Source: the human T2T-CHM13v2.0 reference genome, Homo sapiens
Assembly (NCBI RefSeq): GCF_009914755.1
Contig: NC_060947.1
Reading direction: 5' to 3' (one strand)
Length of the DNA stretch: 64,000 nt
Shown here: one piece after another, positions 28,821-40,599 of the stretch
Layout of the letters: every line of letters starts with the position of its first letter
Numbering within the stretch: position 1 is the first letter of the stretch
Notes under the pieces: generated by a model
Databases searched by the model: none
What the model was told of the DNA's origin: nothing
The model's input: the letters and a program-made list of their open reading frames with translations, nothing else
Program-made: the position numbers and the translations under genes

Positions 28821-30014
28821 CATTATATTGAGATAAATGCCATTTTTCATTTTGCTGGCTTAAAAGATAACAGGTATAATGTGTTAGACAGGAATAATTT
28901 TATCAAAATGGATAAGGCAGCTTTACCTAGTTCTTTGTATTTATAACTAATAGTCTTTCTAGATAGAGTTTAATGTTAAAAGAAAAAGGAGTAAGAAAGG
29001 ATGACTTTTAGCTAGGGAATGGGGAAAGAAAGCAATATACTCCATGAAAGAAATAGTATTTCAGTGTTCACTTGAAGATGGCTAGAATGTTGAAAGCTGT
29101 AGATGGAGAAAGATATTCCAGGAAGGTGGAACAATATCAACAGTTATTTGCTGTTCATTGAGTTTGAAAATTAAGTGATCAGAGAGCTTAGCAAATGCAA
29201 TTTCTATGCCTTGACCGTACAGATTAAATTGGGTGAAGGAATGACTTTGGAGTGAGTAAATAGCAACAGAGTAAAGAAAGAGAATAGCCGTAACAAGATA
29301 GAGCCATAGGGTTGAGAGATTATTAATGTTATTATGGTTTTTGGACAAAACTCGAGGACTTCAACTCCTTCTCATAGCAGTAAAGACTGAAAGCCTGGCC
29401 TGATTTTCAATATACATGATTTAGGATGTGTATTTAATATAAGATTTCAGGGATGTAATGACAGGTGGCAAAAATACTTGAACAAAAAAGAAAGATGTCT
29501 GATGCCTCTGGTTCTTGAAACTATATTTCTTACACACCTTCTTCAACAGGTAAGAAGGGTTAAACATTTTTATTTTCATAAGCACTCAGAAATATTAAAA
29601 TCCTGATTTCATTTCAACATGTCAGACTGAAAAGTGGTTTGTAAACATTTTTTGAAGTTATTTGTCATACTTAACAGAAAGTGGGGGTTAACTCCTCTAA
29701 TCTTGTTTAGACATTAAATCTGGGGGTTGAAATGTTGCAAACCAAAGATGATAATGTCTTTGGTATATTTATAATAACTCAATATGGTGTATGTCTCTAA
29801 TTTCTAATTTCAGACAGACATACACAGATTTTAGACATATATCATATATAGTGTGTATGTGTACATATATATGTGCATATATATGTACACACACACCCTT
29901 ACATATATGCAATCTATGTATATATAGATCTATGAATGGTTATGAAAATTTATTTGAATAGATACAGATAAATGCATTCTATATATCCCAGGGAAGTAAA
30001 CTTGTATTTATATA

Positions 30015-30213
30015 CAATAAGTCTTCACTCAATGTTGTAGACAGATTGGAAACTGCAACTTTAAGGGAAATGACATAATGAAACCAATCTTTTTCTCTCA
30101 TCACCGTTGTAACAACTTTGAATGAAAATAATATTACTCAAGAACTTGCTATGTGTTGTTTTTCTTAAAGTTGCAATTTCCAAGAACCTATTGATAACAT
30201 TGAGGACTTACTG
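30015..30213. mobile_element. MER6B-like Tigger-family MITE
   Basis: caataagtcttcactcaatgttg...ttggaaactgcaactttaag and the mirror cttaaagttgcaatttccaagaacctat...tgaggacttactg. Confidence 0.8.
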
Positions 30214-32623
30214 TGTGTATATATATACATATATATATGTATATATGTATGTATATTTGTATGTATATACACATGATGTTACTGAGGACTTACTATGTAT
30301 ATGTGTGTGTGCACATGTATACTCCCACATTATATGTTTTAATAAATCAACTAGTTATGTAAATTGTGTAGTATATTCCCTGTGGAGTAAAAGTATTCCA
30401 GGAGATTGATCTAGAATCCCTGTAAAAAACAAGAGTATAATTAGCTACAAAAATACGTTTAATGCATTTGTAAATTTACAAAAGTCAATTCTTTACTATT
30501 TTTGTATTTTTGAGCAATAAAATGCTTGCCATTAGCCACATTAAAAAATGCAAAGCTAGACAGCCTGCAAAGATAGAGGGAAGAAAAGTGAGAGAAATTC
30601 ACCCATTTTTATGGAAATGACATCATGCCCAGGTCTACTAAATGCTAGTTTTAATGCATGGCACATTTTACAAGCCCCAAAACTCACTTATATTTTGGAG
30701 GCACAGTTACATTTTAGGGGAAGGGCATTACTGAATACAAAATGTTCTTTTCCTCCTGCTGAACGGAATATAGAGTGCTAACACGCTTTCCAGACCTGCT
30801 GCACTGGATGTAGTCCATTAACAAAGGACTGGTTTTGAATTCATCAAGTCCTCCTGATTTTTAAGCCATCGTGCATTTTCCTGTCAAAAAGATTTGGCCT
30901 AAGATATCTATGCTGAAATTTGCACTCTGACAACTTTACATATCATGTTGGCTTTTATGTCATTTGAGTGAATTAATCAATCCTTAAGAACTGAATGACT
31001 CATTAAAAGCATTTCATCAAGAAAATGCTAATATTATTCCCCTTCCATTTCAAAGATCTTACTATAAAATGCTTTTACACAGCATTAGTTGAATAATGCA
31101 AAATGTGATGCAAAATGTGCAAATGCAGCAACATGGAAATGCAGCCCTGGAAAATGTATACGCCGCCAACCAAGATTTACATTAGTAAGGATGGAATGTT
31201 AAACATAAACTACCATAAAATGAAAATAAAAACTTAGAATTGATCGTTGCTGTTCTTGTTCATTTAATGCTGACTATATCAAAGAAAGAGGGAAGGAGAT
31301 CCTAAGTTTATTTTTGGGTGGATTTCCTGATTATTAATCAAAACGATATTTATCAAAGTATATCTTAAGGTGATTGTATAAATATGGTAACTTCTAAAAA
31401 TTAGCTGGTGCACTGTATTAGGACTATTTTCGGTTGTTTTTTACGAATATGTGCCATAAATGTAAAATGAGTCAAACCTCAAGCCCTTAAGATCATACCA
31501 AAGAATACTGCAGAATTACAGAGATTAGAAAATAAATTTTTTTAAACCAGAAATTTATTCATAATTTCTGAACACCAATTCTCCTTATTGCTTTCAAATG
31601 GCATTTGGTTAACATGATAAATAGGTGTACTCTGTGTGTGCATGTAAACATGCATCCACACACATGCACATATGTGTATGTAGAGTGTTAAGTGAACTCA
31701 ACAGTCTTATGTTAATTTAATAAAACACTTATACTCTTTCACACACACATATATAAAATTTGTGCACTTAATTAGACAACCACAATTCAACTTTCTGTTT
31801 GCAGACCTAAATGTCAAGTAAACAAAGCATGAAGATAGCATATTCACATTCTCCAAATCCCTCTGCATTTTTCAATACCTCTTCAAGTTCTGTTCTTAAT
31901 GTTCCTCCTAGAATTTTGCAGGCTAGGTAAGCGACATAATAATTATCATAGAAACCTCTGAAACTGCATGGGTCCCAGGCCCCATTCCAGTTTCTCTGAT
32001 TTGAGACATTCTCAAAGCCTTGCTTGCTTATATGAGGTAGACCAGATACCTCACTGAGCTCTGGGGATCAATCCTATTTTGTCCTTCTGGGATCCTCAGC
32101 TGAAAAATGGAATGTCCTACTGGCCAGATTAATATTTTCTACAAGGGATGCCTTGTGACTGGGCTCCTCTCTGAAAAATAAAATGTTTAAACTACAAAAT
32201 CCCTAATAATACCTTTCTACCTAAAGTAAATTAAGTGTATTCTACTGTCAGCCAATGAAAAACCGTTGTCTATTGGTTCCTGTAACAGATGCAGGTAAAA
32301 AACCACCAAGAAGAATTTTGGGTGGGTCATTATTATTTGAACTGACACTTGGATGTTATGGTACAAAGTCACTTAAGTTACTAATTTCAATGCAGTGCTT
32401 AGTGAAAGGACTGGTTTGGCTGTCCATGTGACTGTTGCAATGAACCGTTTTAATAGGCTTTAGGAATACAAGGATGGTGGAGTATGCTGGCTGCTTCTTA
32501 CTGTGCACTAGAGTCTTAAAGAACAAAAGTCACTCGTTCAAAATATTAATTTCTTAGCTCATGGAATAGTGAGAAAATTAAGAACTTTATTATCACCCAC
32601 TTTAAAGAAAAGCTCTAATTTCT

Positions 32624-32887
32624 GTTGCCCAGGCTGGAGTGCAGTGGCGCCATCTGAGCTCACTGCAACCTTGGCCCCCCTGGGTTCAAGCAATTCTCCT
32701 GCCTCAGCCTCCTGTGTAGCTGGAATTACAGGCGGGTGCCACCACACCTAGCTAATTTTTTATATTTTTAGTAGATGGGTTTTCACCATCTTGGCCAACC
32801 TGGTCTCAAACTCCTGAGCTCAGGTAATCTGCTCTCCTCAGCCTCCCAAAGCACTGGGATTACTGGCATGAGTCACTGTGCCCGGCC
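32624..32887 (-). mobile_element. AluS lacking poly-A and 3' terminus but with 16-bp TSD
   Basis: TSD aaaag(c/a)tctaatttct at 32608-32623 and 32888-32903; Alu starts directly at gttgcccaggctggag. Confidence 0.9.
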
Positions 32888-33288
32888 AAAAGATCTAATT
32901 TCTTACGGGCCCAGGGTTGGTGTATCTGAAATTCCAGAGAGGAGTATTTAACTGTGATTTCAATGAAAGATTAATTACAGCTTTTCTAAGTCTCTTGTGA
33001 AGTTGATGAGGAGAGTATGTGACTCCAGGAATTGTAATGCAAACCTTTCAGACTACCCTGATGTATCCTTGCTCATGAAAACTCAGGATACTTTGATGAG
33101 GCTGTCCCTGCCTTGTTTGAAGACCTTGTAATATCCTTACCTGATATATTACCTTACCTGAAGTATGTTACCTGAGATGTTACCTGATACGGAAGTGCAA
33201 ATTTTCTTCATGCCCCACCCTTGTGACTTCTTGTGGTCTCCAGACCTATAATGAGAGTCAGATCCTAGCAGGCTCTGTGATTACTTGT

Positions 33289-33491
33289 ATAGATGAATCC
33301 AGGAAGAAGAGAAGTCTATATCATAGATGAATCTAGGAGGAAGAGAAGTCTACACCATAGATGAATCCAGGGAGAAGAGAAGTTTACATCATAGATTAAT
33401 CCACAAGGAAGAGAAGTCTACACCATAGATGAATCCAGAAGGAAGAGAAGCCTACACCATAGATGAATCCAAGAAGAAGAGAAGTACACCA
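33289..33491. repeat. 34-bp minisatellite x6
   Basis: atagatgaatccaggaagaagagaagtctacacc units at 33289, 33323, 33357, 33391, 33425 and 33459. Confidence 0.95.
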
Positions 33492-34835
33492 AAATAGGGC
33501 ACTATTTTGCAGTTTTGTTTTTTTTGTTGTTGTTGCTGCTTTTTCTGTTGTTGTTGTTTCTGCGGTTTTTTTTTTTTATAATCTGCAAACCTGGGGAATA
33601 TGTATGGAAATAGGAATAGATTCTAATCATGCTAGTCAAGGAAGACAGAAAATAGTTATAAATTGGTTAGAATTTATTTTCACAGTTGCATCTATGAGAG
33701 TAGCTGAGAGGGTTTTTAACTGTTTGATCTGTTGGTGATGGAATCTTAAATAAACAGATGTCAGAAAGCCCCTGCAGCAATAGGAAAGAAGGAATCGGAA
33801 GACTTTTGGTGAAAGTTTGGGTAGATCTAGCATGTGGGATCCACATATCTGCCATCTTTGTTCCCCAGGGGGGGCTCAGCACTTTCTCCCTTTATCAAAG
33901 CATCAAGAAATTTATGACGAAGGGAAAATCCTGCTCCTTGCAAATATGTTCCCTTATCTGCCTTTCTTAATGCAGGAAATGAAGGTTGTGTTTGTGAGAC
34001 ATTGGAAACGGGATCACTAAGTCACGGGAAACAGGAAATGGGCAAGATCAAGGGAGATTGTTTAACCACTAAACATTATTAGATGTGGTTGCTGAAGAGG
34101 CATCAGGCAGTCTGTGGACCAGAATGTTTCATTTGCAGAGATCTTTGTTGCAGGTTAATTTATCATGGCATCTCTAGGGACCCAAAAGGGAAAGAGCACA
34201 TGTTGTTGTACACCATGGAGATATCAAATAGGGTGAGCGGGTGTTTCTCTTGGGCCACCATGATCCTGAGTTGTGGACCCATAACCATATCCAGACTACA
34301 GTTATTTCCAGACTAAGAATCTTTTGAATAGTGTCCTTAAAGACCAAGCCCTTGATAACATCCAAAGCACTGTATCCAAGTGATCGGAAGCCATTAACGG
34401 AAGTTTATATGAGAAAAAAAAACTATTCAGCTCTTTCAGGATTTATAGGTCATTGGCTCAGAGTTAAGCAAATGTCTCTGGTGACTTGGAATGTTTCTAG
34501 GGTAGCTGAGTCAGAATAGGGGCTCACTGGCCTGGGTGGGGGGGTCACTTAAATAGAATTGTGATGTGACTCTATCTCACAATGAGCAAAATAGTTTCAA
34601 GACATCCTGCCATTGTATCTCATGTTTCTGAATATATATTAGGAGTGTATATACTTATTACCTGCCAGGGACCCCCAACATTGGCTTTCTGATCTTCAAG
34701 TGAGGATTATGGCAGAGGACATTCCAGGTGTTCTCCTCTTACCAAAATGACAAACCCAACCAAGAAGACATCCCTGAAAAATTAAATATTGGGGCCACCA
34801 TCAGAGTTCTAACATAGAAATCTTTGATCTAAGCC

Positions 34836-35762
34836 TGTTGTATAAAATTGTATCCTCCCCAAAATTCATATGCTGAAATTCTAACCCATAGAACTTCAGA
34901 ATTTGACTGTATTTGGAGATGGTTTCTTTAAGGAGGTAATTAAAGTGTGATGAGGTCATCTGGGTGAGCCCTTATTGAATAGGATTGGTGTCCTTAGAAA
35001 TGAGAGAAATAGGCAGATGTTGGTTAAGGAGTACAAGCTTTTAGTTAGTTATAAGATGAATAAGTTCTGGAGGTCTAATGCATGGCATGGTAACTATAGT
35101 TAATAATGCTGTATTATCTAATTGAAATTTGATAAGAGGGCAGATTTTAAGTATTCTAACCACACACATACACACACACACAAATGTTACCTATGGTTGG
35201 TGATAGATGTGTTCATTAACTTGACTGAGTTAAACATTACCCAATGTATATCTATATCAAATCATCCCATTGCACACCTTGGATATGTAGAATTTTTATT
35301 GATTCAGTATTTTAAGATTTATAAAAGGAGATGAGGACACAGACATGCACAGAGGCATGACCCTGTGAGGATACAGGGAGAAGATGGCATCTCCAAGCCA
35401 AAGAGAGAGGCCTCAGGAGGAACCAGCCCTGCCCACACCTTGATCTCAGACTTCCAGCCTCCAGGACCATGGGAGAATAGATGTCTGTTGTTTATAAGCC
35501 CCCCAGTCTATGGTATTCAGTTATAGCAGCCTGAAATGGACTAAGACACCTCGTAAGAAGAGGAGATGAGGACACAGATACACACAGAGGGAAAACCGTG
35601 TGAGGACACAGGGAGAAGATGGCATCTACAAGCCAAGGAGAGAGGCCTCAGGAAGAACCAACCCTGTGGACACCTTGATCTTGCACTTCCAGCCTCCAGA
35701 ATTGTAAGAAGTGAATTTATGTTTTTTAAGCCACTCATACTTTGTTATGGCAGCCAGAGCAT
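34836..35762 (+). mobile_element. MLT1B/C-like MaLR LTR with L1 insertion and tandemly duplicated 3' half
   Basis: tcagaatttgactgtatttggagat...ggtgtcctta; 3' half (gagatgaggacacag...cttccagcctccag) occurs twice, ~35321-35550 and ~35551-35762. Confidence 0.85.
35008..35320 (+). mobile_element. L1MA/L1MB 3' end fragment inside MLT1
   Basis: gatgttggttaaggagtacaag...ataagatgaataagttctggaggtctaatg...ggtaactatagttaataat. Confidence 0.8.
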
Positions 35763-36237
35763 ACTTTTCCAATGGCCATTTAATAAACCTCTTGGGATAT
35801 GCAGAAGATAGATAGATTTTAAAGGTTTCCTGACTAGCGGTGTGCTTACTCATGTGCTGATCCCAATATTGTTTCTATTCCAGATGTGGTTAATAGAGAC
35901 ACTGGGACTTGGGAAGCATCTATGGATCTAAGGAATGCTTTTGATATTTTCTCGCCATTCTAATCAATAGAGAGAAACTGTTTGAGTGGGCTAGTTCAAT
36001 AAACATAGCAGCATGCATGCTTATTGATTATCCCTCTGCATGTGTCTGTGTCCTAATCTCTTTTAAAATTTTAAAATACTTAATTGACACATTAAAACTG
36101 CATCTATTCAAGGTGTACAATGGGATGACTTGATATAGATATACATTGAGTAATGATTAACTCAAATTAATTGACACACTTTCTTACTCCAAAGGGGATT
36201 TGATTTCTACACTATCTCAGGAAAATCATACTTGCCT

Positions 36238-36378
36238 TTAGCAGGGCGTGGTGGTGTATGGCTGTAGTCCTACTTACCTAGGAGGCTGAGGTGGGAGGAT
36301 CACATGAGCCCAGCAAGGTGGGGGCTGCAGTGAGCCATGATTGCACCACTGCACTCCAGCTTGGGCAACAGAGACCCT
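36238..36378 (+). mobile_element. Alu right monomer (FRAM/AluJ fragment)
   Basis: gggcgtggtggtg...gaggctgaggtgggaggatcac...cactgcactccagcttgggcaacagagacc. Confidence 0.85.
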
Positions 36379-36394
36379 CTCTCTCTTCTCTCAA

Positions 36395-36470
<76 letters not shown>

Positions 36471-36497
36471 CACATTTATATATATATATTTATATAT
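36379..36497. repeat. Compound (CT)n(AT)n microsatellite in place of the Alu tail
   Basis: Long CT run followed directly by ~18 TA units. Confidence 0.95.
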
Positions 36498-36699
36498 TTG
36501 CCCACATTTAAGATTACATTGTACCAAGAGGACCTGTTGAGCCAGAAGAAGCAAGTACTTTAAAAGACTTAGAGAGAAATGTTTACTAAGAGTAGAAAAT
36601 GAATACTGCAAAAATTAAGGGATATTCCACTTTGGTAAAATTTTTTTGGAGTCCACTGGTTGTAATTTGTTCACTTCATCTTAAGTAAAAGAAAAGATG

Positions 36700-37165
36700 C
36701 TGCATTTTCACCCTGCAGGAGGACACTTTCCCAAATGACTTTGGCTGACCTAGCTCTTATCCTTTTTGCTTGCAACTTTTGGGCAGAATGTAGCAAGAAT
36801 GCAACATCCTGAGATAAGAATAAACTATTCAGAACAGCCCAGGCTTTTTTCATCTCTCCTAGAAAAAGATGTCCTGCAATGCTTGATCTCAATGACCCAG
36901 GTGTTTCCTAGTATATAAAACTCAGAATTGAGTTCTCTCGGGATCTCTCAGCTGTGGTGCAAAGTGAAGTATTCACGCACTCACAACCACATTAGCCCTG
37001 GATGGCTTTCTTGAGTCTTAGGATACCCACTTGCCATGAATCCTAGGGTTCTGTTGGTTCTTGCTGCCCATCTGTGAGTAATAAATTGTTTTACCTGACC
37101 TGTGCTAGAAATTAGTGTAGCAAACTTGGGATTGGTAACTGATGTGTGGTGACCTGCCTCTCGCA
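36700..37165 (+). mobile_element. Old ERVL-type LTR (LTR41-like, uncertain)
   Basis: TATATAAAA (36914), ctcagctgtggtgcaaag, atcctagggttctgttg...atctgtgagtaataaa, end ttggtaactgatgtgtggtgacctgcctctcgca. Confidence 0.45.
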
Positions 37166-39864
37166 TGCCTTGTTTGAATTCTTGAGACATTTATTTCATT
37201 TGAGAGTACTGGTCCTATCCATTTGTCTTAGCCCATTCTCCCTAAATCTACACCTGTGACCTCATGAGGGGCTTCCTATAATTATTTGATTGTGGAGACC
37301 AAATTCTCTTCTAGTTAATTGATGTTCCTGCAGGATGTGTTGGCATCAGCTGGAAGCAGACAGTTGCAGATTTATTTCTCCTTTGGTGATAGCTTTTGGG
37401 TACTCTGGAGAAAGGTAATCTTGCCTGTGGATTTAATTTCAAGGAGTACCACTTGGGGCTCATTTGCTAAGAAAGAGCATTGACTATCATGATGGATCTA
37501 CTAATTTCACTTAATATTTTGCTTAAGTTTGCATAGGATGTTGGTAGGGTAGCCTCACCATTTAGTTCTTAGCTCATAAGATGTCAATGTGAGATTATGA
37601 TTTACCTACAAGAGGAACAAGCAAAATCCAGGGGAACAAGGGTATGCAAAGAAGTAGAGTAGCTAAAGAAAGGTTCTGAGACAGATGTTGAGGACCAGCT
37701 CATTTTTCACCAGTCTTAGTCTCTTTCTAGAGGCCTTTCTTCAACTTCTATATGGTATGGAAATCTTGATTCCCTTGTGGCCAGATTTTCTTATTTTTCC
37801 CATATTGCACTCTGTAGATGTACCCACATGACACTTGGAAAGTGGAATTGAGGAATGTGAGATAGAGGAAGGATTGAGGAATGTGAGATGTTGGGGTTGA
37901 GGTGTTCGTTTCCTCTTGGGAAGTTAAAACGGAGGTTCTTTGTGGTTAAAAAATATCTTAGTGTGAATTTTTCAAAGGTCAATTTCCTTGGACTGGTTAT
38001 TTTCTAGAGGACCTTATAGTTGGTTCTTCTACCATGTCAGATATTCAGATACTTATTTCTATGTGAGTGTCATTCTTGAAATGCATCATAGGACAAAGAA
38101 GAATGTGGATACACTCATTTGTAGTGGCTTGTCCAACACTTTTTATTAGAGTGCAACTCTGGTGTTCATGGGTCCATAAGGCTATATTCATGAAACCAAT
38201 TCACTTAAAATGCTGCTCGTGTGATATGTCAAAGGGAAAAGAGAGTCCAAGACAAATGCATACTCATTTCTACTGATTTTATAAAATGCACTGGAGTGCA
38301 AGAAACATCTAAATGAGCAGTCTACCCTTGCCCTTACCTGAGAAATGTCTCGAAGAAGAATAAAGAAGATAAGAGGAGAGGGAAGATGTCGAACCAACGG
38401 GGATCATATTGCATAATGCTGCAAAGAAGTATCCGATAAGGGGAAATCTGCTTGAATCATAGGTGCTTCCATTGAGAGTCTCAATGATTAGTATGTAAAC
38501 CTGAGTTCAAAAAGAATCAGTAAAGAAGTGTAAAATAGTACTAAGGTCTGTTGCAGCATTGAAGGAGGAAAGTTGGACATAATCCCCCTGCAGGAACTCA
38601 GACGATATACATTAAGGTTTAGAGAGAACTGAAGTTAATGCTTCAGAACACCTGGGTTTGTGCAACAGAAAAGATAAGCAAAATAAACCTCTGTGCACAA
38701 AGCAAAGTGTCATGAGGCTTTTTGTAAGAAAGGAGATAAGCGCTTCTTCCTTCTCCATAGATATCAAAGGCCAGAGTTTGCTTTATGAGAACAGGGAAGA
38801 GGCAAGTCAAGTAAACAATCTCTTGTATGAAACACATACGTTGGAAAAAGGAGTGAGTCCGTGGAAAGAGAACTAAGGTCTAAATGGACCCTCATGTTTA
38901 CAGAGATGATAAGGGAAGATACTCAAACCAAAAAAGAGCCATCCCTAAAGAAATTATTGAAGTAGAACATATTGATAGAAAAGAGTTTACATTCTATGTA
39001 TCCGGGTCAGTGAATCGTGGTTGAAAGCCAAAGCTAATCTCTGCAAGGATAGACACTCGGTTTGTGTAGCGGCTTATGCTGAACTTGAAGGTGACCGTGT
39101 GACAGGGAAGTCCCAGGGATAGAAGATGGCAGAGCCAGTGGGCAGGTGTAATTTCCTTGGTCTACCAGCTGGGCACTGAACTTTCTGCTATCCTCCCTTC
39201 CTTGAGCCCAAATGTGCCTGGCAGGATCTGAGCACCAAGGGGAATACTTGGCATTCAGAAAGAAATTTGGCCTTGGTGGCCTCCCAAGGGATTGGTTAGA
39301 ATACCTGTAGCTCAGGTAGTCTGTTCAAATCTAGTTTTGGCCCCAAATTCAGGGACACACTCCTAGTCATTGAGGTGCATGTAGAATAGATATTGTTCTT
39401 TCATCACTGGTTTTTTGCAAGTAGTTTCTGGCACTGGGTAATTTCCTTTCTGGTAATTGATAATCAAAGAGTGTCAGTAGCAGGACTGGAATAGACAAAG
39501 ACATGCCGTGAGATGAACTGGTTACACGATAACCCTTGGGACCAATCACTGATGGCAGAAAAAGCAACAGAACACTACGACCCTTAAATCCAGGTTAGAA
39601 GAGCTCCTGTACTGAGCCTTGCTTTCAAGGACTAAATTCTGACCTTCCTCCAGCCACATTCATCTGTGGAAGGACTCCAAGATGTCAAAGCTCTATACCT
39701 CAGTTTAGAACCCACTCTGGGTATCTAGGGCCCTGGACTTCCCAACCCAAATGACTCTACACACACTTCCAGAATTAGCGTGGCTTGTTCCCTAAGCTGT
39801 GCCTGTAAAGGACACTTCTATTCAGAGGAGTGGCCATGTGGTGGTTGCTGGAAAGTTAGAATAA

Positions 39865-40182
39865 GGACTTGTGTTGTGGGTGGGTGAGCAGAATCTAGAT
39901 GCCCTTGTGGGAGGAAAGATGGAATATGGACACACATTGGAGAGGCAGATTGAATATGGGTTCATATTGGGGAGGTGGATCAAATATGAATGTGCATGCG
40001 GGGATGGATGGAGCACAAATACCCATGAAGAATGAATGGAATATAATGCCCATTGTGGGGAGGGATGGATGAAAAATAGACATGCATTGGGAGAGTGGAT
40101 GGATACAGATATGCATTAGGGGTTGAATGCATACAGACGTGTTTTAGGAGGCAGATGAAATAATACAGACATACAGGCTGGG
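39865..40182. repeat. Highly degenerate ~29-32-bp tandem repeat (~10 copies)
   Basis: Recurring (cat)tgg(g)ag-g-ggatg(g)aatat(g)ga-a blocks. Confidence 0.65.
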
Positions 40183-40599
40183 GTCTCTACTCATGAGTGC
40201 TGGAGGAGCTTAGGAGATAGCCTGGGCACTGGAAGAGAAGGGGATGGGTCTCAGGCATGGCCAGTTCCTCAGGCCCTCTCTCCAGTTCACCTCCCCCATT
40301 CCCCACCCAGTCTGTACCTGTGCTTCCAGGTTGTTATAAAGGTGTGTTTTGTTAAAATCGAAATACAAAATATACATCATTTTACCCATTTGCTTGGTTA
40401 TAACTTTAAAATATGCAGACATAGATTAGGTGAATTGCCTTAGGACTATTGCCCTGGGTTTGCAAAATAAAAAGCCAAGTTTGGTCAGGATCCAAGTCTA
40501 GGACCTCCAAATCCAAGTTCTCTGCGTGCTCACTCAACTGCCTCTCAGAAAGAAAGGAGAAGATATTGGACTTAAAAAGGAAGGAGAATGATGTCTTCA

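Noticed and set aside
33289-33491. CRISPR-like regular repeats
   Set aside because: Units are head-to-tail with no unique spacers, no cas genes, and the DNA is primate
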